Virus record (IMG/VR): IMGVR_UViG_3300022863_000016
Span: 1-40,758 of that record
DNA: 40,758 nucleotides
Reading direction: 5' to 3' (one strand)
Source: a virus
Taxonomy: Duplodnaviria; Caudoviricetes
The stretch's first letter is position 1. Each line of letters begins with the position of its first letter. The notes below the pieces were generated by a model. It made no database searches, was not told where the DNA came from, and saw only the letters and a program-made list of their open reading frames with translations. Position numbers and translations under genes: made by a program. This document shows positions 1-8,411 of this stretch, in pieces.

Positions 1-87
1 CCTATTGGGATGGCATCGCTGTCGAAGAAAAAGTCAGTTTCCACAAGCCGACCTGCGAACCACAAACCTGGTAAGGAGAACACATTA

Positions 88-489
88 ATGACCATGACTA
101 TCGAGCAGTGGCGAACCCGTGCAGATAATGCGGAAACCGAGCGCGACAAATATAAAAATGCCTGCATCTGCGCGGGTGTGTGCATGTCATGCGTGCTTGG
201 CCTTCCCGAACCTTATGGTTGCACCGACTGCCTCAATACCGGATGGGACCAAGGAGCACCTTACGAGGCTCGCGAAGCCCTCGCTGAGATTGCTAGGTTG
301 CAAGCTGAGAATTTTGCTCTTGCTGCGAACCAATGTCACGACGGATATAGTGACGAAGGTGGCAGCCATAGATGCAAGGAAGTTGACAATGCCAACAAAG
401 TGAATAGGCGCAACCACGCTACCTGGTTTGTAAGAACACTAGTACTAGTGGTCACTCTCCCGATCATTGTTTTCATGCTCCTATGGTAA
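88..489 (+). CDS. hypothetical Cys-rich protein with C-terminal transmembrane segment
   Basis: AAGGAG RBS before ATG88, in frame with ORF 10..489; CxxC clusters; hydrophobic C-terminus. Confidence 0.7.
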   Translation: MTMTIEQWRTRADNAETERDKYKNACICAGVCMSCVLGLPEPYGCTDCLNTGWDQGAPYEAREALAEIARLQAENFALAANQCHDGYSDEGGSHRCKEVDNANKVNRRNHATWFVRTLVLVVTLPIIVFMLLW

Positions 490-501
490 TCACACATTTC
501 C

Positions 502-549
502 AGATAAAACGGGTGTATAACTCAATGTAAAATGTGCCCGTTTTTATCT
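502..549 (+). terminator. hairpin with T-tract, probable intrinsic terminator
   Basis: AGATAAAACGGG...CCCGTTTTTATCT inverted repeat just after the stop at 489. Confidence 0.55.
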
Positions 550-707
550 CTGATATGCCTCAATCTACACAGACCATGTTTGTGTAACCCAGTCCATTAA
601 ATATTGGACAAATCCAAAAACTAGGAAATAAAGCTAATGGACGGAAATTATCACGCGCCAACACATTGGCATCCGCTTCCCACACCTCCCAAACAACAGG
701 AGCCGAA

Positions 708-1115
708 ATGAGCAAGCCGCACAAGTCTGTCACTGTCAGCCTTGACGGCGACGCATTCCTAACAATTGAAACGAATTGTCTTTCCGGCGGCGATATTGGC
801 GAGCGCGAGGAAGAAGCGATCCGATGGGCGATTGACCACCTGTCGGCATTCATCGCCGACAAACGGGATGCGGACGCCATCGCCGCCGCCCATCTCGCCG
901 GTCGCATTGAGCAGGCCCGCGAGGATGCGAAAATTCTAGCCGAGCAACTGGCCGAAGCCACTCGCCCCGATCAGCGCATGACGCTCGCCATTGCAATCAG
1001 AGCAATTGAGCGCGGGCGAAACCTTACTGATACTGAGAAGATGAAAAACCTCATGGCCGCGCTTGCGGAATTTGACTGCGAAGAAGCCGCCCACGACGGC
1101 AAGGATGGGAGATAA
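708..1115 (+). CDS. hypothetical protein
   Basis: AGGAG RBS before ATG708; GC-rich coding; TAATG overlap with next gene. Confidence 0.7.
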   Translation: MSKPHKSVTVSLDGDAFLTIETNCLSGGDIGEREEEAIRWAIDHLSAFIADKRDADAIAAAHLAGRIEQAREDAKILAEQLAEATRPDQRMTLAIAIRAIERGRNLTDTEKMKNLMAALAEFDCEEAAHDGKDGR

Positions 1116-1498
1116 TGGGCGAGACGCGCTTTATCCGACTCGGTGGAGTTTTTGGGGATGCCTTCGGAAACCCTGTCGTTGAAATCGAAGGCCCCTTTGC
1201 CGATGATTTTAGCAACCTCCCTTGGGTCTATACAGAGCATTGGTCAGGAACAACCGCGCGATATCGCGCCGCCGGGTATAATCTTTATGTCCGGGATTAT
1301 GATGGAGACGATGCCGGTTGGGAAGTTTCTCGACACGGCGTCAAAATAGCGTCCGGTTATTGCCGAGAGTTCTACCCGGCTCTTGCCGAATGTGAAAAGG
1401 CCATGCGCGCCCATATACGCGCCGCCATCGATGCCAACGCCGCCAAGCTGGCCGCGAACAATGATGGGAAACTCGCCGATGAAAGATACGATGGCTGA
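1115..1498 (+). CDS. hypothetical protein
   Basis: 127-aa ORF, GGGAG RBS, translationally coupled to the upstream gene. Confidence 0.7.
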   Translation: MGETRFIRLGGVFGDAFGNPVVEIEGPFADDFSNLPWVYTEHWSGTTARYRAAGYNLYVRDYDGDDAGWEVSRHGVKIASGYCREFYPALAECEKAMRAHIRAAIDANAAKLAANNDGKLADERYDG

Positions 1499-1568
1499 TC
1501 AGCTCTGTTCATGCTCGGCGGACTTGGCCAATCGCCTTTCTATACAATTTATAACAAAGGAGTGAGAC

Positions 1569-1730
1569 ATGCAAGCCTTCATACAAGGTCTCTTATACCT
1601 TATCAAGGCCATCTTTGTACTGATCTTCTTCGCCGTGTTGTTCTCATTCGTCTATGGGACCTATGTGTACTCCAACAGTACACCACAGAAGATCATCAAG
1701 TGGGAAGACATCCACCCTAACGGAGAATAA
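1569..1730 (+). CDS. small membrane protein (53 aa, not in ORF track)
   Basis: AAGGAG RBS; MQAFIQGLLYLIKAIFVLIFFAVLFSFVYGTY... single TM helix. Confidence 0.65.
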   Translation: MQAFIQGLLYLIKAIFVLIFFAVLFSFVYGTYVYSNSTPQKIIKWEDIHPNGE

Positions 1731-1731
1731 A

Positions 1732-2022
1732 ATGGAGCTTTCCCGTCGGAAACTTCTCGCTGGTTTGATTGTGGCGCCAGCTATCATTAAAGTAGCCACT
1801 TTAATGCCAATCAAACCTGAACGATATAGGCTGATTAGTTGCCATGATATCCACTTGGCAATTACCGATGATCTCGATATGTTTGCCGCCGAGTACGGCA
1901 TAATCAGAAAAGAATGTGAGCTTATTGCCACAGTTGACGATAAGGATTGGGGCCTCTTTTCGTGGTCCGAATCAGATCATGATCTCCGCAATCGAATCTT
2001 AAAGGAAATCCAACGTGCCTAA
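1732..2022 (+). CDS. hypothetical protein with twin-arginine-like N-terminus
   Basis: GGAG RBS before ATG1732; MELSRRKLLAGLIVAPAII. Confidence 0.65.
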   Translation: MELSRRKLLAGLIVAPAIIKVATLMPIKPERYRLISCHDIHLAITDDLDMFAAEYGIIRKECELIATVDDKDWGLFSWSESDHDLRNRILKEIQRA

Positions 2023-2224
2023 AGACCTTGAACTCAAGACTAAAGATCAACTTGCCATTGACAATGTCAAGATGGTCGGCGCCGCTCTTCGCCATATGAT
2101 AGAGTCGTTCGCAGAACCAAGCAAGCAAGGAGCCATTTACACATTCACCACAACTTTCAGACTCGAAGGTGAAGAGACCGTTCTTATCTATGGCACCAGT
2201 CTATCTGAGGTAAAGCAAAATTGA
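2015..2224 (+). CDS. hypothetical protein
   Basis: 69-aa ORF, AAGGA RBS, overlaps both neighbours. Confidence 0.6.
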   Translation: MPKDLELKTKDQLAIDNVKMVGAALRHMIESFAEPSKQGAIYTFTTTFRLEGEETVLIYGTSLSEVKQN

Positions 2225-2526
2225 TAAGCTTTTACAGACGCAAGTCACAAACCTCTGTTGGAGACAAACTAAGGTTTATGCTTGCCGAAGAGTTGTCTCA
2301 GTTCTTTGGAACAACTGTTCAAAGCTTGGACATTGATCTGTACTTCTCCAGAGGGTATTGGACGCACATAACACAAGATGTCAAGGCCATTACTGGCTAT
2401 ATTAGAGTGTCTGGAGTCGGCACTGGTTCGATTGGTTGCTGGGAGTCAGCCTCTCAGTGCGTAAAGAAAGGAATCACGGTTTTCCGTGATTTTCACGGTG
2501 ATCTGATGTTTGCTCCGAAGGATTAG
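2221..2526 (+). CDS. hypothetical protein
   Basis: 101-aa ORF, GAGG RBS, followed by a terminator. Confidence 0.65.
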   Translation: MISFYRRKSQTSVGDKLRFMLAEELSQFFGTTVQSLDIDLYFSRGYWTHITQDVKAITGYIRVSGVGTGSIGCWESASQCVKKGITVFRDFHGDLMFAPKD

Positions 2527-2556
2527 CCAAAAGTTTAATCGCTTCGGCTAATTTTT
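2522..2556 (+). terminator. intrinsic terminator
   Basis: ATTAGCC...GGCTAAT stem followed by TTTT. Confidence 0.55.
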
Positions 2557-2559
2557 CAG

Positions 2560-2588
2560 TTTCATCTTCAATAAAAATGTCGTACATT
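2560..2588 (+). promoter_or_regulatory. putative sigma70-type promoter for the non-coding region
   Basis: TTTCAT-N17-TACATT, with TCGGC upstream at the same spacing as in the other promoters. Confidence 0.4.
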
Positions 2589-2594
2589 AATAAT

Positions 2595-3065
2595 GTCAAG
2601 AGGTTGAGAGTGCTTCTTGAATTGATTGAGACCTCCGATGTGAGGCCTCGCTTTAATCGTCATACTGGAGGAGCAGCCTCACATGACCTGGCCGAGGTAA
2701 AGCAGGAGAGTCGCCGCAAAGACTTAAAACTGCGCTTCAGTAAACCTCTGAAGATTTAGAAACTAGCAACCATGGATGCAATACCATGATAATTAGAAAA
2801 CAAACGTGGAAGTCCGTCGTGCCGGTTGGAGACCGGCCCTATCACAGACAGATCATAGGTTTGTAGTGAAACAGATTTGTAGCGCAAAACCCTTAACTGG
2901 GTAATTTAAGTCTATTCCAGCATTAGCCTAAGTACGTAAGTCGCACGTCCCATAGGGAAGCGCATTGCACGGCAGACGTGGAACGACCATAGGGATAGCA
3001 AACCCGATGATAAAGTATGGGTGAAAACTTCTCCCGCATGACTCTGGGCGGTTAACCGAGTCACC
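2595..3065 (+). ncRNA. candidate long structured non-coding RNA
   Basis: About 470 nt with no credible gene; at least 9 hairpins plus nested long-range stems; lies between a terminator/promoter and the next RBS. Confidence 0.5.
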
Positions 3066-3096
3066 CTTTCCTTATAAAATAGAGCGAAGAACCGAT

Positions 3097-3246
3097 ATGG
3101 ACAAGCAATGGATGGTTGTTGCAGCTATGTATCTGAGCCTGCACTATCCCTATGACTGGGGTTACGGCAATAAGGTAGTGAGCAAGTATATCATGGGTCT
3201 TTATTCCAATGAAGACCTTGGTCTTGAGAGCCTTGTTTGGTGCTGA
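3097..3246 (+). CDS. small hypothetical protein (49 aa, not in ORF track)
   Basis: AGAGCGAAGA leader resembling other early leaders; MDKQWMVVAAMYLSLHYPYDWG... Confidence 0.5.
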   Translation: MDKQWMVVAAMYLSLHYPYDWGYGNKVVSKYIMGLYSNEDLGLESLVWC

Positions 3247-3261
3247 GAACAGGAGTTTCCC

Positions 3262-3612
3262 ATGCTTACATCAGAAGTCCTCGTCAAATGCCTCCACAAG
3301 CTCGACCCCGAAGAGTGTCGCACCCACAGCTACAGTGGGCGCGCGGCCTTCGGTCAATTGTGTGTTGGAGTCCAAGGGTCAACTGTCAGTGAAGCGCTGG
3401 CGATTGCTTTCAAAGCTATCAGCGACGGCATCGAAGATGCTGACGAGTGTGTGGACGCCATGACTCTACTCGCACAAAACCTGCGCTATGATAACATGGG
3501 TCTCGGAATGATGGTCTATTTTCCAAGATTAAAGTGGACCGAAGAATGCCAAAGAATCCTTGATAGTGAGGAGAGTGGCAATGAAGGAGAGAAAACAGAT
3601 GAGCAAACTTGA
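3262..3612 (+). CDS. hypothetical protein
   Basis: AGGAG RBS; 116 aa. Confidence 0.75.
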   Translation: MLTSEVLVKCLHKLDPEECRTHSYSGRAAFGQLCVGVQGSTVSEALAIAFKAISDGIEDADECVDAMTLLAQNLRYDNMGLGMMVYFPRLKWTEECQRILDSEESGNEGEKTDEQT

Positions 3613-3877
3613 CATCGTGGTGGACGAGAAGACCGACACCCTGATGGCCGTCCTGAACAAGGGATGGACAGAGCAGTATCAGAAAGACAAAGCTTCTCTC
3701 ACTCCTGAGAGTCGCTACCTTGCCAAGGTTCTGCATATCGTCGCCAATCCTGCGGGCGATCCGCAGACTGCCGAGGACGAGTTCGAGCCGGCGCCCCTTT
3801 ACGTGATCCAAGCTTCACGCTTGGCTCACAATTATGAGTTGGTGGATCAGCTGATGCATGCCCTGGATAATCTGTAA
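3599..3877 (+). CDS. hypothetical protein
   Basis: AAGGAGAG RBS before ATG3599; followed by a terminator. Confidence 0.75.
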   Translation: MSKLDIVVDEKTDTLMAVLNKGWTEQYQKDKASLTPESRYLAKVLHIVANPAGDPQTAEDEFEPAPLYVIQASRLAHNYELVDQLMHALDNL

Positions 3878-3890
3878 ATCAGAAATATTG

Positions 3891-3920
3891 GCGCCTCCCC
3901 ACCTGGGGAGGCGTTCTTTA
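3891..3920 (+). terminator. intrinsic terminator
   Basis: GCGCCTCCCC-ACCT-GGGGAGGCGT followed by TCTTT. Confidence 0.7.
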
Positions 3921-3941
3921 TTTATAGCAAGGACTAATGTT

Positions 3942-4211
3942 ATGCAGCCGGAAGACATTCTTAGAGAACTGACAATTATTAAGGCAAGACTCGGTAAAAA
4001 GACCGATATTTTTGTGGGCCTTGGCAGTGATACTGAGACCCCTGCAGGCATCATTAATGGCACTCTTTATCCAGATGGGTGGGGTTCTTCTAAGAGTGCG
4101 GTGTTTTGCTGGGCAAATACCTGGGAAGACATTATCGAGTGTTTGCAAATTGAAGCCAATAAGATCTACACCAAGAGACTGGCTTTGCGATTTACCACAA
4201 ATCTTCAGTAA
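3942..4211 (+). CDS. hypothetical protein
   Basis: AAGGA RBS before ATG3942. Confidence 0.65.
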   Translation: MQPEDILRELTIIKARLGKKTDIFVGLGSDTETPAGIINGTLYPDGWGSSKSAVFCWANTWEDIIECLQIEANKIYTKRLALRFTTNLQ

Positions 4212-4258
4212 AGTCGGCACTTTAATTAGTGTACTTTTATTGAGGCTTGCGCTACAAT
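4212..4258 (+). promoter_or_regulatory. phage promoter with upstream box
   Basis: AGTCGGCA-N10-TGTACT-N17-TACAAT, then an AGAGCGGAGA leader. Confidence 0.7.
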
Positions 4259-4317
4259 AGTCTCTATAAATAGAGCGGAGAATAAAAAATGGTGAACACT
4301 GTTTACATGTTGGAGGA

Positions 4318-4632
4318 ATGACTGTGGCCAAATATGATCCCGTAATTCCTCACGAACACCTCGAAGTCGTCCCCAGGCATACGCTCTGGAAGATAGGTGA
4401 ATATGTCACATTCATCGAAAATGAGTGCATCCTTGGTGATGACCATCAACCCTTGGCTGTTGGTCAGTACTTCACCCGGCTTTATGACACTCGCACTGGC
4501 CCGAAACTCTTCAAGATTGAGGAAATAGTCCACGAGAGTGTCTATTGGACCAAGTATATTGGTTATGCGATCATCGGCAGCGACATGAGGTCGAAGATCG
4601 TCGATGATGATGGCAACGAAATCCATGTATAG
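4318..4632 (+). CDS. hypothetical protein
   Basis: GGAGG RBS; 104 aa. Confidence 0.7.
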   Translation: MTVAKYDPVIPHEHLEVVPRHTLWKIGEYVTFIENECILGDDHQPLAVGQYFTRLYDTRTGPKLFKIEEIVHESVYWTKYIGYAIIGSDMRSKIVDDDGNEIHV

Positions 4633-4719
4633 GAAACTAGATATGAAGGTCATTAATGCCACTGTTCGCAATGGCGCTTTGTATCTAGCTCGAGACCTTT
4701 TTGTAAGGGACTATGATTT

Positions 4720-4908
4720 ATGCGCGAAGAAACCCCCAGAGAAGCCCTAGAGCGCATTCACCGTAATGTGGCACCTGCTCTAGGTGAAATGTGTATTCGC
4801 CTGTCAGTGTGCAAAGTTGGTCCATCCACCATTCGTGCGTGGGCCAATTCGCTTGAGTATGGTGTTAATGAGTTGAGAAAACTCGCCGACAAACTTGAAA
4901 CCAAGTAA
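4720..4908 (+). CDS. hypothetical protein
   Basis: AAGGGA RBS; 62 aa. Confidence 0.55.
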   Translation: MREETPREALERIHRNVAPALGEMCIRLSVCKVGPSTIRAWANSLEYGVNELRKLADKLETK

Positions 4909-4945
4909 CATTAATGTAATCAGTCAAGGTATCGGACTTTCGTAA

Positions 4946-4992
4946 AGTCGGCACCTTTTTCCATGTACTTTTTAGGCCCACTATTATAAGAT
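4946..4992 (+). promoter_or_regulatory. phage promoter with upstream box
   Basis: AGTCGGCA-N10-TGTACT-N17-TAAGAT, then an AGAGCGGAGA leader. Confidence 0.7.
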
Positions 4993-5021
4993 GATCTTAT
5001 AAATAAAGAGCGGAGAAAATC

Positions 5022-5312
5022 ATGTCAATGTTCGTCACCTACGAAGACATTTCCAACGAAGGTCAACCACCTTTGTTCAAGATATATCGGCGAACTGAGA
5101 GCACCACTTATTACTATGTGATCAATCGCTGTGTTTTTGGCGAACAGGCCTTAATGATCCCGACTCTCAGTGACCGCTATGTTATGGAGTGGGATCATGA
5201 TGCTCAGGCCTGGTGGATGATTGACGTCTGGTTCGATCTTTTCAAAGAGATTGGTAACTTTGATGAAATCAAAGAGCTATGCGTCAGAGCCAACTACAAT
5301 CACACTAGCTGA
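5022..5312 (+). CDS. hypothetical protein
   Basis: GGAGA RBS; 96 aa. Confidence 0.7.
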   Translation: MSMFVTYEDISNEGQPPLFKIYRRTESTTYYYVINRCVFGEQALMIPTLSDRYVMEWDHDAQAWWMIDVWFDLFKEIGNFDEIKELCVRANYNHTS

Positions 5313-5321
5313 GGAAAAGCC

Positions 5322-5591
5322 ATGTCTTGCAGTATGGACATTACAGTCCTTGGAGGACTCCCGGTCACGGTCGAGTTCAACATTCAAGGAGCGGAACCCG
5401 ACGTTGGCATCATGAGTTCCTACATCGAGGAATGGTGGATCACACACATTAATGGTCGCAAATGCAAGAAGCATCCTCAATGGCTGCAAAACCGCATTGA
5501 CGCCAAGAAAGGTGAGGATGATCAGATCATCGAGCAGCTCAATGAATATGAGCTGTATGAGCCAGAGTATGACGATCGTGACAACGACTGA
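5322..5591 (+). CDS. hypothetical acidic protein
   Basis: GAGGA RBS; 89 aa. Confidence 0.7.
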   Translation: MSCSMDITVLGGLPVTVEFNIQGAEPDVGIMSSYIEEWWITHINGRKCKKHPQWLQNRIDAKKGEDDQIIEQLNEYELYEPEYDDRDND

Positions 5592-5602
5592 GGAGAACTA
5601 GA

Positions 5603-5899
5603 ATGTTGGCAAAAGTCTACAATATCAAACACTATCGCAGGTCCAAACAGACCTCTTCGGCTTCAACTTTCGGTTACCTTACCTACAACTTCGTAGACAA
5701 GGACCCAGAAATCGACCGCCTTCGCACTGAGATACAGCGTCAGAGAATCAGTTACAAAGAAGTGGCTGACCGTTCTGGCGTCAGTCTTGCAACCCTGCTG
5801 AAGTGGTTCAACAAGGACACCAAACAACCGAGACACTCCAGCATCATGGCGGTTTGGGCTGCTCTGGGTTACAATCTGGTTCCGAAAAGAATTCGATAG
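5603..5899 (+). CDS. XRE/Cro-family helix-turn-helix regulator
   Basis: ISYKEVADRSGVSLATLLKWFN...PR...ALGY HTH pattern; GAGGAG RBS. Confidence 0.8.
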   Translation: MLAKVYNIKHYRRSKQTSSASTFGYLTYNFVDKDPEIDRLRTEIQRQRISYKEVADRSGVSLATLLKWFNKDTKQPRHSSIMAVWAALGYNLVPKRIR

Positions 5900-5918
5900 C
5901 CCGGCACGTTTGTTCGTC

Positions 5919-5966
5919 AGCCCGGCATAAATAATCGTTTACAGTAGGCTATCTCTACTGTAATAT
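5919..5966 (+). promoter_or_regulatory. promoter for tRNA-Ser
   Basis: GCCCGGCA-N10-TTTACA-N17-TAATAT. Confidence 0.65.
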
Positions 5967-6009
5967 AGCTCAAAGAGCCGAGAGCATTAGACAGAGGTTT
6001 ACCAAGACT

Positions 6010-6098
6010 GGAGGGGTGGCCGAGAGGCTTAAGGCAGCGGTCTTGAAAACCGCCGGGGCCCCTGGCTCCCGTGGGTTCGAATCCCACCCCCTCCGCCA
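6010..6098 (+). tRNA. tRNA-Ser(UGA)
   Basis: GGAGGGG/CCCCTCC acceptor; GCGGT-CT-TGA-AA-ACCGC anticodon arm; long variable arm; GGTTCGAATCC; CCA end. Confidence 0.95.
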
Positions 6099-6116
6099 AC
6101 CGAAGGAAAAGAACGC

Positions 6117-6212
6117 ATGTTACAAGCTTTAACTATATTTGCCATTTGGACTACACTCGCTTTTGGTGCAGGTTTCGCACTGGGTTCATTCCTTGATGAT
6201 AGAGATGACTGA
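6117..6212 (+). CDS. small membrane peptide (31 aa, not in ORF track)
   Basis: AAGGA RBS; MLQALTIFAIWTTLAFGAGFALGSFLDDRDD. Confidence 0.45.
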   Translation: MLQALTIFAIWTTLAFGAGFALGSFLDDRDD

Positions 6213-6348
6213 CCCGCTAGGTAGGCGAAAATCCTCACATAATAAGGACTGAGACTTTGTCAATCGTCGCAATAGGGATAATCTAATATAGCTAATAATG
6301 TATTGGTATAGTTAAATATGCTAATCTAACAAGAAAGGTAACTGAGCA

Positions 6349-7041
6349 GTGACAATTGCTATAATCCTAGACGTAGAAACAACCGGACTTAACCTGACAG
6401 ACTCTGACAGAATTGTTGAGTTTGCCGGCGTTAAGATCGACCATCTCGGTGAAGTTCTCGACACCATTGAGTTCCTTGTGAACCCTGGAATGCCTATTCC
6501 AGCTGAAGCTTCGGCGGTTCATCATCTCGTCGACAACGACGTTAAAGACGCTATTCCATATAATGAGGCCATGGATCGCATTAGAGAGTGGTGCTCTGAC
6601 GCGGAGTATCTAGTTGCCCACAATGCTCCATTCGATCGCAAGTTCCTCCCTGACATGGGGATACCTTGGATTTGCACCTTGAAGATGGCGAGGCAGTTTG
6701 TTTCTGGCGCCTCATCATACTCCAACCAGGCTCTGCGTTACAAACTTAACCTAAAGCCTGAGCTTCCGCCGCATCTCGCTCCACACCGTGCTTTGTATGA
6801 CTCCTTGGTGACAACGGAGTTGTTCAAGCACTTAATGGAAGCCGCCGGAAGCATGGAAATACTTGGTGACCTTAGCAGTAAGTTCACCCTCATGAAAACC
6901 ATCAGCTTCGGCAAGCACTCTGGTCAACAGTTTGAGAACTTGCCGCTCCACTATCTGACTTGGCTGCAAACGCTGACAGGCAAGGATGATGGCTTTAAAG
7001 CAACTGTCCAGTATTGGATCAACAAGAAGAGCAGCCGATGA
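6349..7041 (+). CDS. DEDDh 3'-5' exonuclease (DnaQ/ExoX-like)
   Basis: LDVETTG, VAHNAPFD, HRALYD motifs; C-terminal FGKH...YLTW module. Confidence 0.9.
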   Translation: MTIAIILDVETTGLNLTDSDRIVEFAGVKIDHLGEVLDTIEFLVNPGMPIPAEASAVHHLVDNDVKDAIPYNEAMDRIREWCSDAEYLVAHNAPFDRKFLPDMGIPWICTLKMARQFVSGASSYSNQALRYKLNLKPELPPHLAPHRALYDSLVTTELFKHLMEAAGSMEILGDLSSKFTLMKTISFGKHSGQQFENLPLHYLTWLQTLTGKDDGFKATVQYWINKKSSR

Positions 7042-7205
7042 GCATTAAATACTATCGTCGAGATGAAGGTGGAAAAGCAAAACACAAAGTCCCTTCAAAA
7101 GAGGGGGACAAAATTGTGTTTGTTCCAATAACGCGCGTAATTGCCGTTTCTACCTCCAAGTATACCGGGGAAGCACTGCGGGAAATCCGCAAAAATCACA
7201 GATAG
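7038..7205 (+). CDS. small basic hypothetical protein
   Basis: ATGA overlap with the exonuclease stop. Confidence 0.55.
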   Translation: MSIKYYRRDEGGKAKHKVPSKEGDKIVFVPITRVIAVSTSKYTGEALREIRKNHR

Positions 7206-7216
7206 GAATAAGACTG

Positions 7217-8119
7217 ATGACAACTATCAGCGCCCGAGTCATTAAAGACTCTATTGGAGAAACAGCGCCCCGGCTCACAACACTTCTACTTCGTTATCCT
7301 CGGTGTATACATTCTGAGCTAATGACTCACAGAACGTTTTCTAGGAACGCCTCGAGTTCACGGGCAATCCCTGTTGAGAGACTTATCCAGGATATTCTGG
7401 ATGATCCCTTCGTACCTCTTCACTGGGGTAAGAATCAGAAAGGAATGCAAGCCCATGAGGAATGTAATGAAGAAGTATTCTTTGACGTTCCAGAATTAAA
7501 GGGAGCCTGTGGCTACAGTCGAGAAACAGCCTGGCTAGGCCACATGAAAGTAGCTGTGGAAACAGCTAGAGCTTTCTCCAATTCAGGCTACCATAAGCAG
7601 ATCGTCAACCGTCTGCTTGAACCCTGGTCACATATTAACGTGCTGGTGACTGCGACTCAGTGGTCCAATTTCCTCACTCTCCGTGACCACAAGGATGCCG
7701 AACCCCACATCCAGATTTTGGCTCGCGAAGTTCGCAAGGCTTTGAATGGGAGTGCCCCAGAGCATCTGGCTCCCAATAGTTGGCATCTTCCCTTCATCGA
7801 AGACGACGACATTATTGCCGTCATGAACCAGCATGGCAAACTCGTAGCTGATGGCGAAGACCTTAACTGGCCCTTGGCGCGTATCAGTGCTGCTCGATGC
7901 GCTCGCACGTCATATCTTACACATGACGGCAAAATACCGTCAATTGAAGAAGATATGGCTTTGTTTCACCGTCTTATGGGTGGAAATCCGATCCATGCTT
8001 CCCCCGTCGAGCACCAGGCCTGGCTTACCTCAGGCTTTTGTGTCAATCAAAAGCTTCATGGCAATTTTGCCCCGGGTTGGGCGCAGTTCAGGAAGACCTT
8101 TGAAGGCGAGTGCCAATAA
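7217..8119 (+). CDS. thyX: FAD-dependent thymidylate synthase (ThyX family)
   Basis: ELMTHRTFSRNASSSRAIP matches the (R/T)HRx7-8S signature; SAARCARTSY and HASPVEH motifs in permuted order. Confidence 0.85.
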   Translation: MTTISARVIKDSIGETAPRLTTLLLRYPRCIHSELMTHRTFSRNASSSRAIPVERLIQDILDDPFVPLHWGKNQKGMQAHEECNEEVFFDVPELKGACGYSRETAWLGHMKVAVETARAFSNSGYHKQIVNRLLEPWSHINVLVTATQWSNFLTLRDHKDAEPHIQILAREVRKALNGSAPEHLAPNSWHLPFIEDDDIIAVMNQHGKLVADGEDLNWPLARISAARCARTSYLTHDGKIPSIEEDMALFHRLMGGNPIHASPVEHQAWLTSGFCVNQKLHGNFAPGWAQFRKTFEGECQ

Positions 8120-8334
8120 TGGCAAAGAGTTCAAATGTAGTGGACCTTAAGTTGGTCCTGTTCCACGAAACCCCAAAGGCTTGGCTTGTCGGACTCCTTG
8201 AAGACAAGGACGAAGCTGTTTGGGTTCCCAAGTCTGCAGGCGAAATCTACGACAAGGTGGGGATTGCCGCAGGTTATCCGATTCATGAGTTCACACTGAA
8301 CGAGTGGATTTGCCTTGAAAAAGAACTTATTTAA
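8119..8334 (+). CDS. hypothetical protein
   Basis: TAATG overlap; HETPKAWLV...VWVPKS pattern typical of small phage proteins. Confidence 0.7.
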   Translation: MAKSSNVVDLKLVLFHETPKAWLVGLLEDKDEAVWVPKSAGEIYDKVGIAAGYPIHEFTLNEWICLEKELI

Positions 8335-8340
8335 CCGCTA

Positions 8341-8411
8341 GGCCTAAATAGCTATTTACAAAGTCCATAGCCGGTGCTAATATGGCCTAGTTTCACTGGA
8401 GACTAGGCCAT
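8341..8411 (+). promoter_or_regulatory. promoter plus RBS/ATG-sequestering hairpin of the homing endonuclease
   Basis: TTTACA(8355)-N17-TAATAT(8378); stem ATGGCCTAGTTTC-ACTG-GAGACTAGGCCAT covers GGAG and the start. Confidence 0.7.

Noticed and set aside
2577-2759. 60-aa ORF in the structured region
   Set aside because: No RBS, its start overlaps the putative promoter, and the hairpins continue well past its stop
2805-2820. GTGGAAGTCCG resembling the RNase P GAGGAAAGTCC motif
   Set aside because: The matching 3' P4 motif (AGAACCCGGCTTA-like) was not found; tmRNA-type ends are also absent
2924-2957. AGC...AAGTCGCACGT resembling group II intron domain V
   Set aside because: The complementary 5' strand needed for the domain V stem is missing; no RT/maturase or interrupted gene nearby
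5967-6009. TAGCTCA...AGAGC resembling a tRNA D-arm upstream of tRNA-Ser
   Set aside because: No acceptor, anticodon or T arm can be formed
5917-6238. Minus-strand ORFs (MAEGVGFEPT...)
   Set aside because: Antisense translation of tRNA-Ser
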